Source: Planctopirus limnophila DSM 3776
Lineage (GTDB): Bacteria; Planctomycetota; Planctomycetia; Planctomycetales; Planctomycetaceae
NCBI RefSeq assembly: GCF_000092105.1
Contig: NC_014148.1
Coordinates: 1,590,001 to 1,622,000, forward strand
Reading direction: 5' to 3'
Length of the DNA: 32,000 nt
Part shown: positions 9,048 through 16,652 of the stretch, piece by piece
How the letters are laid out: each line of letters opens with the position of its first letter
Numbering within the stretch: position 1 is the stretch's first letter
Notes under the pieces: generated by a model
Databases searched by the model: none
Told to the model about the DNA's origin: nothing
What the model saw: only the letters and a program-made list of their open reading frames with translations
Program-made: the position numbers and the translations under genes

Positions 9048-9686
9048 ATGTCATCTGAGAATTTCCAGAAGAGCTTTATCACTCAAAAAGAAGAGCTTCG
9101 CCAAAGTGTGCGGTCGGCCCGTTTGGCAATGACAGATCGGTCTGAGCGGAGTCATCGGATCCTCGATCAACTGGAAAGTTCAGAACCATGGAAGAAGTGC
9201 CGGGTACCTCTGGTTTACCTCTCCAGTGGCAGCGAAGTGATGACCTGGCCGCTTGTCGAGAAAGTGCTGAAGGAGCTTGAACAGACCGCTGGATGCACTC
9301 GGAAGTTGATCGTCCCGTGGTGTGACGGCGATGAATTGAGGCTGTTCTGGCTGCAGAGTCTCGATGAGTTATCGGCTGGCTCTTTTGGGATTCCAGAGCC
9401 ACGCGCTGAAATGAGAACTCAGCCGGATCGCTGTGCGAATCTTGCGGAGATCGATCTGGTCGTCTTGCCGGGATTGGCTTTCGATGAGCAGGGGCGAAGA
9501 CTGGGGCAGGGACGGGGCTATTTTGATCGATTGCTGATGGAGCTGAATCCCCATGCGATTAAAGTGGGCCTGGCTTTTGAGGTTCAAATGGTCGAGGAAG
9601 TTCCTGTCGAAGAACATGATCTGCCAGTCGATCTCGTGATCACTGAAAGCCGAATGATCTGGAGTGATGTCACTCCGGGAAGTTGA
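9048..9686 (+). CDS. 5-formyltetrahydrofolate cyclo-ligase (MTHFS)
   Basis: The family signature is present as DLVVLPGLAFDEQGRRLGQGRGYFDRLL, together with FGIPEP and EEHDLPVDLVITE. The gene starts 18 nt after the helicase stop. Confidence 0.85.
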   Translation: MSSENFQKSFITQKEELRQSVRSARLAMTDRSERSHRILDQLESSEPWKKCRVPLVYLSSGSEVMTWPLVEKVLKELEQTAGCTRKLIVPWCDGDELRLFWLQSLDELSAGSFGIPEPRAEMRTQPDRCANLAEIDLVVLPGLAFDEQGRRLGQGRGYFDRLLMELNPHAIKVGLAFEVQMVEEVPVEEHDLPVDLVITESRMIWSDVTPGS

Positions 9687-9692
9687 GACTTT

Positions 9693-9740
9693 GCAAAAAA
9701 GAAGACAGCCAGAGACAGGCCGTAAGACCTGACTCTGGCT
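9693..9740 (-). terminator. Rho-independent terminator for the peroxiredoxin gene (minus strand); may also stop the plus-strand operon
   Basis: The hairpin is agccagag-acagg..cctg-a-ctctggct (9707-9740). On the minus strand it is followed by gtcttcttttttg. Confidence 0.65.
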
Positions 9741-9772
9741 GTAGAGTGATTCACATCTTGATCGGACAGGAG

Positions 9773-10363
9773 TTACTTCTTCTTGATCGACGCGACGGCT
9801 TCTGCAACAGCTTTGCTGTCATCGGCGGCGGCGACTTTCGTGTTCTTGTAGGCGACCTTGCCATCCTTGTCGATGATGAAAGTCCAGCGCTGGATGGTCA
9901 CATTGCGAAGCAACGTTTCTTCTTTGCCATCGACTTCGGCCTTCACCGACTTTTCCCCTTTGGTATAGGGAACGCCAAACGCCTCAGCGACTTTGGCCTC
10001 GGTATCAGCGAGCAGCGTGAATGACAGATTATGCTTCTTGGAGAACAACTGGTGATTGCGGACAGAATCACCACTGACACCGACGACCTCAACATCCTGG
10101 CCCGCCAGCTTGGACAGATCGTCGCGGAAGGCACAGGCCTGCTTGGTGCAGCCACCCGTCATATCGGCAGGATAGAAGTAAACGACAATCAGCTTCTTGC
10201 CCACATGTTCGGCCGACTTCCAGGCTTGGCCCTGCGTATCCAGTGCTTCAAACTGGGGGGCTTTGTCTCCCACCTTGAGGTCGGCAGCGGAAGCTGAGAT
10301 TCCCCCAAGGCCTAAGGTGCAAAGGGTGAGGCATAAGGCAACGGCGCGGTTGAATGCGATCAT
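9773..10363 (-). CDS. bcp: Secreted thiol peroxidase / peroxiredoxin, Bcp (AhpC/TSA) type
   Basis: FYPADMTGGCTKQACAFRD matches the peroxidatic-Cys motif of Bcp. ATG 10363 gives a signal peptide, MIAFNRAVALCLTLCTLGLGGISASA. The longest ORF extends to 10432. Confidence 0.85.
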   Translation of the reverse strand: MIAFNRAVALCLTLCTLGLGGISASAADLKVGDKAPQFEALDTQGQAWKSAEHVGKKLIVVYFYPADMTGGCTKQACAFRDDLSKLAGQDVEVVGVSGDSVRNHQLFSKKHNLSFTLLADTEAKVAEAFGVPYTKGEKSVKAEVDGKEETLLRNVTIQRWTFIIDKDGKVAYKNTKVAAADDSKAVAEAVASIKKK

Positions 10364-10460
10364 GTTGTGGTTCTCCAGTCGAATTGAAACAAACTTCCAG
10401 TCCATGAACCTAACAGGTTGGAAGTGAGTCATTCAAGTGGCTGGAGAAAGAGTCGATTGA

Positions 10461-12008
10461 CTATTTACGTTTGCCTTGTGGAGCCGTGGGTGCGTCTTCA
10501 CCCTGAATAAATCGCGATTCGCGATACAGGACTGCATAAGGGATAAAGCAGACCGCCGTCACGAACATAAGAATCGAGAAGAACCAGTAATAGCTGGCCC
10601 CGGGAAGCATGGAGGTCCCATCATCCCTGGAGATCATCCAGTTGACGCCGGAGGTCAGCAGGTTGCCGCCGAACACTGAGAGCAGGTAGAGCGACATGAT
10701 GATCGACTTGAGTCGGTTGGGAGCCTGTGTGTAGGAGAATTCGAGGCAGGTTGTCGAAACGAGAACTTCGGCAACCGTGATGATGGCATAGGGAAAGACA
10801 AGCCACAGCACCCAGGGCGTAAAGTTCTGATCGATCTCCATCTGGATAAAGCCGCTGACAGCAAAGGCCATCGAGGCGAGAAACAAACCGACCGAGACAC
10901 GGCGTAATGCCGAAAGTTGAACCACTTTTGCCAGGGCTGGGAAAACCACAAAATCGAGCAGTGGTATGAACATGAGCACGAAGAGAGGATTCAACGTCTG
11001 GGTTTCATCAGGCAGAACTTTCCATTCCCAGTCGCGCCAGCGGAGAACAGTCAAATTCATATGCGTCGCCTGCTCGACCCACGTGGACATCGTCTGATCA
11101 AACAGCGCCCAGAACACGACAATGAATGCAAAAAGCGGCAGCAGTTTCAAGATCGCCCGCCGGTTTTCGGGATTCATGAAAATGGCGACGAACATGATGG
11201 GTGGAAAATACTTGAGAAACGGCGCTCGCTCCAGGATCGGTTCGAGTTCTTTCATGAATTCGTCGGTTGATGGGGGGATGTGGACGAATTTGTTGCGGCC
11301 CATCCAGAAGACAATCGTGGCCAGAAGCATCAAGACCCCCGGAATCCCAAAGGCCACGTGGTGTGCCAAGGTCGGGCTGAAGTGAGGGAGAATCGCGTTT
11401 AGCCAGTCGGCAGGAACAATGTACTTCAGATAAGCCCGGCCGTTCTCCGGGGAGAGGAAGATGTCTCGCGTGCGGGGTATGCAGAACATCGCCGCCAAAG
11501 CACCGACATTGATCACGAAGTAGAACCAGCGGAAGATGCGGCTGATCAGATGCTGATTTCCCTGACCAAATTGATCACCGACATGGGACGAAACGCAGGG
11601 TTTGATACCACCCGCACCCATGGCAATGAGTGCCAGTCCCAGCCAGAGGCCATTTCGCCCATCAATCGCAGCGAGCGAAAGATGACCGAGGCAATAGGCC
11701 CAGGAGAGCCACAGGATGACTCGGTACTTGCCGAGATAAAAATCGGCAAGTGGGCCACCCACAATCGGGAACAGATAAGCCGCCGCGACGAACAGATGCA
11801 ATAAGGCCGTCGCATCTTCTTTGTCATAGACCGCCGATACTCCCGCTGCATCCACGATGTATTTTGTGAGATACAGATACAGGATGGCCTTCATGCCATA
11901 GAAGCTGAACCGTTCGGCGGCTTCGTTCCCGATGATATACGGAATGCCCGGAGGCATGGTGGTTAAGGTCTGGTCTGGTGCTGTGCGATAAGCCGCCGTC
12001 ATGAACAA
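10461..12008 (-). CDS. Proton-dependent oligopeptide transporter (POT/PTR2 family, di/tripeptide permease)
   Basis: The POT signature is IGNEAAERFSFYGMKAILYLYL. The 515-aa protein is polytopic and hydrophobic throughout. Confidence 0.9.
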   Translation of the reverse strand: MFMTAAYRTAPDQTLTTMPPGIPYIIGNEAAERFSFYGMKAILYLYLTKYIVDAAGVSAVYDKEDATALLHLFVAAAYLFPIVGGPLADFYLGKYRVILWLSWAYCLGHLSLAAIDGRNGLWLGLALIAMGAGGIKPCVSSHVGDQFGQGNQHLISRIFRWFYFVINVGALAAMFCIPRTRDIFLSPENGRAYLKYIVPADWLNAILPHFSPTLAHHVAFGIPGVLMLLATIVFWMGRNKFVHIPPSTDEFMKELEPILERAPFLKYFPPIMFVAIFMNPENRRAILKLLPLFAFIVVFWALFDQTMSTWVEQATHMNLTVLRWRDWEWKVLPDETQTLNPLFVLMFIPLLDFVVFPALAKVVQLSALRRVSVGLFLASMAFAVSGFIQMEIDQNFTPWVLWLVFPYAIITVAEVLVSTTCLEFSYTQAPNRLKSIIMSLYLLSVFGGNLLTSGVNWMISRDDGTSMLPGASYYWFFSILMFVTAVCFIPYAVLYRESRFIQGEDAPTAPQGKRK

Positions 12009-12416
12009 TCCCGCAAGTCAGAATGGCAGTGACCCAAGGCCGGTCGTGAACCGGTTCGAATACAGAGAATCGCAGACTGGATAGGCGAAGTGAATGGGAT
12101 GTCTGAACTTTCCAATCGGTTTTCCTCATCCCGAAGAGCTTATCGACCCGAGAGCAGGTCAGAACTTCGCTCGAATCCTCCCTGGGGAACTGCCGGGGCA
12201 GGTGGAAACTTCAAACAGCTTGCTCTGATCGTTTCAATCGTCAGAGGTTCCTTGGCTTCTCCAGAAACGCTCTTGCAGGCTAGTCAAGTTGTGACCAGCA
12301 ATCAATCGATTAGACGAATCCCGCATATGATTCTGTCGATGGCCCACGTCATATCGGGAACTGCCTATGCTTGATCGATCGTTGATCGTTACTACGGTAG
12401 TTGAGACTCCGGGAAA

Positions 12417-13088
12417 TCATGGAGCAGGTGGAGTGGTCACGCTATCAACGGGGGCTGATTGTTCGCTGGGTTTGTTCACTTCAGCCGGTTTTTCCAGGAC
12501 GGCATCAGCGTCTGGTTTTGCTTTTGACTGAGGTTCTTCTGTGAGTGCTGGTGGGGCTTCGACAAGAGCTTTCATGCTATTGAGCCCTTTTTCAAAGTCA
12601 CCACCGATCATTTTGTCGCAATCGACAATCAGGTGAAAAGCTTTGCCGACGAAGTTGTTCTTGCCCGACATTGACCAGGTGACTTTGGTCTCTTCCCCTT
12701 GAGGTTCTAACTGAAATTCGACGAGATTAGAGGCGACCATGGGGCGGATGAAGTCGAGCTGAATTTTAATGTACTCGCCGGGGCGTGTTTCGAGGATCGT
12801 CATCTTCCCTTCGCCGACCTCGTCATTACCCGACCATTTCATGATGGCACCGGGACCTTGTGCCGGTCCTTCAAATTCCTCTTTCGAATTGGGGTCGAGT
12901 TTGGCCCACGGTGACCAGTCTGCCCAGGCTTTGAAGTGATCGATTCTTTCGCCCACCTTGTCGGGTGTCGCCTTCATGACTGCCGATCGAGTGATATGAA
13001 ATTCTTCGGGCTGAACGGCCACAATGCCTGCAAAGAAAGCCGTTAGACACAGTAAAACGACGAGCACGATGAGAAGTCTTTGTTTCAT
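12417..13088 (-). CDS. Membrane-anchored SRPBCC (START/polyketide-cyclase-like) family protein with a Pro/Ala/Glu-rich tail
   Basis: ATG 13088 gives the TM anchor MKQRLLIVLVVLLCLTAFFAGIVAV. The following approx. 150-aa domain (FHITRS..W.DWSPW..EGKMTILE..VEFQLEP..TKVTWSMSG) is typical of SRPBCC proteins. This assignment is by pattern only. Confidence 0.6.
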   Translation of the reverse strand: MKQRLLIVLVVLLCLTAFFAGIVAVQPEEFHITRSAVMKATPDKVGERIDHFKAWADWSPWAKLDPNSKEEFEGPAQGPGAIMKWSGNDEVGEGKMTILETRPGEYIKIQLDFIRPMVASNLVEFQLEPQGEETKVTWSMSGKNNFVGKAFHLIVDCDKMIGGDFEKGLNSMKALVEAPPALTEEPQSKAKPDADAVLEKPAEVNKPSEQSAPVDSVTTPPAP

Positions 13089-13146
13089 GGCGATTGATCC
13101 TCCAGAGAGAAGTCGATGATTCCGGCTCGGGTTTTGAGAGGCTCGC

Positions 13147-13485
13147 TTACAGCTTGGAAGAAGACCGCTTGAGCACACGGTTCTGCCAGAAGAGTCGATC
13201 TTGTGTGGCGATACCAAGCCTCAAAGCACAGCGGAGGCAGTACTTTTCGGTTTCCCCAATCAGGTAGATTTCGCCATTGAGAATGAGATGGAAGAAGTCT
13301 TCCCCTGGCAATTTTGAGTAGCAGTAAATTTTCTCAGTGTCGGCCTTGATGCGGGCCTGCCAGTTTTCGTGGTTGGGGATATACAGCCTGGTATCTGGTT
13401 GTGGAGACGCTCGAAAACTGGAAGTTGTCGTGATGGCGGTGGACTGGGATTCTGCTGGCTGGTCGATGGGGAATTCCTCAGTCAT
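13147..13485 (-). CDS. Hypothetical protein (112 aa), no recognisable domain
   Basis: The ORF sits in a gap with the same orientation as its neighbours and contains three Cys (YCYSK..KYCLRCAL). Coding status rests only on ORF length and placement. Confidence 0.4.
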   Translation of the reverse strand: MTEEFPIDQPAESQSTAITTTSSFRASPQPDTRLYIPNHENWQARIKADTEKIYCYSKLPGEDFFHLILNGEIYLIGETEKYCLRCALRLGIATQDRLFWQNRVLKRSSSKL

Positions 13486-13597
13486 GGGGAGTCCTCAAGA
13501 GATGGCTTACTAGTAATCACACCGTCTTTCCTGCATTCTTAAGGATAGCCAGCAAAGTCACAAATCGCGAATTTTTGCGTCTGCATCCGGTGGCTGG

Positions 13598-14422
13598 CTA
13601 TTTGCCGAGATGCTGGCGGATACTGTCGATGGTCGCTTGGGCGGCTGTCCTCGCATCTGGGAGGCTGCGGGCTTCTGCCGAAAGATAACCCTCGTAGTTA
13701 ATCTGTTTTAATGTCGCGATCACCTGGGCAAAGTCAATGTGGCCCATTCCAGCCGCATTCCGATTGGAATCGACATAATGGATGTGGCCGATCCATGAGC
13801 CTCCATCGAGCAGCCCTTGCGTGATGTTGATTTCTTCGATGTTCATGTGGAACAGGTCGGCCAGAAGTTTGCAGTCCGGGGCACCATAAGTCTGTAGAAG
13901 ATGAGCACCATCTCCTTGAGTATTGCAGAGATTGGTTTCGTAACGATTGAGCGGTTCGTAGATCAGCGGCAGGCCGAATCGGCTATGGCTGTGATGACAA
14001 AGTTCCGCCAGGGCTTCACCCAGCAACATCCGGCACTCAGCAATCGAAGCAGACGAGGCGGCTTTTCCCTGCATGGAGCCAATGATCGCCGGGGCACCCA
14101 ACTGGCCACCATATTCAATCATACTGGTGATGAATTTTTTGGCGGCCTGACGGATTTCCGCATTTGGGCTGGTCAGTGAAAGCTGCTTTTTAAGCCAGCC
14201 GGCCCCTGTTCCGACAGCTGCCAGCTTGAGATTGTATCGCGAGAGGATTTCTTTGAAGGTTTTGACAGGGACAAAGCCTGGTTCGGGAGCAAAGAGTTCG
14301 ACGGCATCAAAGCCCAGTTCACTCGCGACCTGGCAACTGGCCTCGACATCATCCCAGAACACGAAGGGGCCGCCGCGTGCTTCTTCGACCAGGCTGATCG
14401 TGACGGCTGAGAGAATTGGCAT
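13598..14422 (-). CDS. Sugar phosphate isomerase/epimerase (xylose-isomerase-like TIM barrel)
   Basis: The family metal-ligand blocks are all present: AVELF, IYEPLNRYE, DLFHMNIEE, HIHYVDSNR..G.GHIDF and YEGYLSAEA. I prefer the ATG at 14422; the longest ORF extends to 14503. Confidence 0.8.
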   Translation of the reverse strand: MPILSAVTISLVEEARGGPFVFWDDVEASCQVASELGFDAVELFAPEPGFVPVKTFKEILSRYNLKLAAVGTGAGWLKKQLSLTSPNAEIRQAAKKFITSMIEYGGQLGAPAIIGSMQGKAASSASIAECRMLLGEALAELCHHSHSRFGLPLIYEPLNRYETNLCNTQGDGAHLLQTYGAPDCKLLADLFHMNIEEINITQGLLDGGSWIGHIHYVDSNRNAAGMGHIDFAQVIATLKQINYEGYLSAEARSLPDARTAAQATIDSIRQHLGK

Positions 14423-14548
14423 AGAGGCGGCTCTCTGGAAACGATGGATTGAGCATAGCGACGACTGCGAAAGAGCATCAGTTGCTCGTTTCTGCGGAAA
14501 CAAGTTGTTGCGTACGTATCCTATTCGGCAGGTTCGCCCTCATCCCGG

Positions 14549-14574
14549 CCTTCTCCCATCGGCATGGGAGAAGG
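14549..14574. repeat. Perfect 11-bp stem / 4-nt loop hairpin downstream of pgk; REP-like or U-tract-less terminator
   Basis: ccttctcccat-cggc-atgggagaagg was read directly. No T-tract follows on the minus strand. A weaker hairpin (cgcat-ttcg-atgcg) lies at about 14585-14598. Confidence 0.5.
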
Positions 14575-14636
14575 GGGAAGAGTCGTCGCATTTCGATGCG
14601 TGACATGACAGCAAGCAAAATGCAGCTTGGCAAAGT

Positions 14637-15839
14637 CTACTTGTCGTCGAGAAGTTCGACAGCAGCGAACTTTTTGCCTTCAAGCATTTCGAGACTGGCT
14701 CCACCGCCCGTGCTGACATGCGTGACCTGATCGGCCAGACCGAACTGCTGGATGGCAGAAGCGCTGTCGCCACCGCCGATGATGCTGGTGGCATCGCTGG
14801 CAACAATCGCCTCGGCGACCGCTCGAGTCCCAGCATCAAAAGGAGGCATTTCAAAGACACCCATCGGGCCGTTCCAGACAATCGTCTTGGCGGCTTTCAC
14901 GATCTCGGCATATCTCTTCTGAGTTTCCGGGCCAATGTCGAAACCTTCGAAGTTCTCGGGAATCTGGCCGGCTTTGGCGATCATCTTGTTGCAGTCACCC
15001 TTGAAGGCATCGCCGCAATGGGTATCGACGGGAAGTTGCAGCTTTTCTCCGCCGATTGTCAGCAGTTCCTTGGCGAGCGCGAGGCTGGCTTCGGGCGGAT
15101 TCGGCAGATAGCTCTTGCCAATCTGGCCCCCTTGAGCCTTCGAGAAGGCGAAGGCCATCGCCCCGCCAATCAAAACCGTATCGCAGATGGAGAGCAGATT
15201 CTTGATAACGTTGATTTTATCATCGACCTTTTTCCCACCCACAATCGCCACAAATGGACGGGCCGGATTCGAAATGGCATCGGAGAGGAACTTGATTTCC
15301 TTCTCGACGAGGAAGCCGCAGACCTTGGGTTTGTTCCCCATGGCATTGGGCACACCGACCATCGAACCTTCGGAACGGTGGCAGGTGCCAAAAGCGTCGT
15401 TGCAGTAGATGTCGCCAAAGGTGGCGAGAATGTTGACGTAACTGTTTTCGCCTTTCTTCTCTCCTTTGTTGAAACGTACGTTTTCAAGGAGCAGAACTTC
15501 ATTGTTCTGGAGAGCCTTCACTTTGGCTTCGGCGTCGGCACCCACCGTATCGCTGGCAAAGTGAACGGGAACTCCCAGAAGTTCCTTCAGGCGGGCTGCC
15601 ACAGGTTTGAGGCTGTACTTCGCATCGGCCGCAGGATCGACACCTTCCGGACGTCCCAGGTGGCTCATGAGAATCACACGACCACCTCGTTTGAGGACGG
15701 ATTCAATCGATGGGAGAGCTTCTGTAATGCGGCGGTCATCGGTAATGACAAGATTGTCATCGAGCGGGACGTTGAAATCGCACCGCATGAGAACGGCCTT
15801 CCCCTGAACGTCGACATCGGCAATGGTCTTTTTGGCCAT
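14637..15839 (-). CDS. pgk: Phosphoglycerate kinase
   Basis: The 400-aa protein carries [21 protein letters not shown] and GGGDSA motifs and has full-length Pgk architecture. Confidence 0.97.
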   Translation of the reverse strand: MAKKTIADVDVQGKAVLMRCDFNVPLDDNLVITDDRRITEALPSIESVLKRGGRVILMSHLGRPEGVDPAADAKYSLKPVAARLKELLGVPVHFASDTVGADAEAKVKALQNNEVLLLENVRFNKGEKKGENSYVNILATFGDIYCNDAFGTCHRSEGSMVGVPNAMGNKPKVCGFLVEKEIKFLSDAISNPARPFVAIVGGKKVDDKINVIKNLLSICDTVLIGGAMAFAFSKAQGGQIGKSYLPNPPEASLALAKELLTIGGEKLQLPVDTHCGDAFKGDCNKMIAKAGQIPENFEGFDIGPETQKRYAEIVKAAKTIVWNGPMGVFEMPPFDAGTRAVAEAIVASDATSIIGGGDSASAIQQFGLADQVTHVSTGGGASLEMLEGKKFAAVELLDDK

Positions 15840-16008
15840 GAAAATTTACCCTGATCCAGGAACAATGCGGTGCGTCAGTCTGGCTGACTGTCGCCCTGTG
15901 AAATGTGGTTTCAACACCGGTTTCGATAATGACGGAATCAGCCGATAGAGTAGAGGAGTTGCGTGCGACTTCCAAGTTTCCGAAGCCTTACTCTTGAAGA
16001 GGTTTTGA

Positions 16009-16581
16009 ATGTTCCAGCCCCCTGAAGTCCCTTTTCCACAGATTCACTGGGATTTTTCGGCGATTACCGAGAATCCGGTGATTGATCCCACTGCGTGGAT
16101 TGCCCCTGGGGCAACGCTTTATGGCCGGGTTTCTGTCGGGGCGCGCAGTTCCATCTGGTTTGGAGCCGTCGTTCGCGGCGACCACGAACGCATCGACATC
16201 GGGGAAGACAGCAATTTGCAGGATGGAGCCATTTTGCATGTGGATCCACATTCTCCCTGTAAAATCGGAAACCGGGTGTCGCTGGGACATCGTGCTTTGG
16301 TGCATGGGGCCACGGTGGAAGACGATGTGCTTATTGGCATCAGTGCGAACGTGTTGAGCCGGGCTGTCATCGGACGGGGAGCCTTCATTGCGGCTGGCGC
16401 ACTGGTGCTGGAAGAAACGATTGTGCCCCCAGGGACACTCTGGGCCGGAGTTCCCGCACGACAGATCCGTGAAGTTTCTCCAGAACTTGCCTGGCGGATT
16501 GAACGCACGTGGAAGCACTACGCCAATAATTCTGTTGCTCACCGGGCAGCCCAGGAGCAAGGGATTCGCTTCGTTCAATAA
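16009..16581 (+). CDS. Gamma-class carbonic anhydrase family protein (left-handed beta-helix, YrdA/PaaY/CaiE-like)
   Basis: It has hexapeptide repeats and the family block WFGAVVRGDHERIDIGEDSNLQDGAILH..GH.ALVHG. Confidence 0.88.
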   Translation: MFQPPEVPFPQIHWDFSAITENPVIDPTAWIAPGATLYGRVSVGARSSIWFGAVVRGDHERIDIGEDSNLQDGAILHVDPHSPCKIGNRVSLGHRALVHGATVEDDVLIGISANVLSRAVIGRGAFIAAGALVLEETIVPPGTLWAGVPARQIREVSPELAWRIERTWKHYANNSVAHRAAQEQGIRFVQ

Positions 16582-16652
16582 GCGGTTTCTGCCGAAAGAA
16601 GATTACTCGTCAGCATGCCTTCAATCTGCGAAAAAGACAGTTTCAGAAGCAG

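Noticed and set aside
12040-12070. tRNA T-arm-like strings: GGTTCGAAT at about 12053, and TTCGAACCCC / GGGGTTCG within 3103-3178.
   Set aside because: The flanking sequence cannot form acceptor, D or anticodon arms. In the second case, the strings are simply parts of the long palindrome. No tRNA, tmRNA or rRNA signature was found anywhere in the window.
14718-15854. A 378-aa ORF on the plus strand that covers almost the whole pgk gene in antisense. Similar long antisense ORFs occur at 30784-31788 (in dnaE), 6507-7385 and 8034-8687 (in the helicase) and 21676-22323 (in deaD).
   Set aside because: For the four I checked (14718, 30784, 6507 and 21676), the antisense ORF is exactly in codon register with the sense gene (same coordinate modulo 3). 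Stops could therefore arise only from sense TTA, CTA or TCA codons, which these genes evidently avoid. Their translations are low-complexity (G/R/D/V-rich) with no motifs. They are shadow ORFs produced by codon bias, not overlapping genes.
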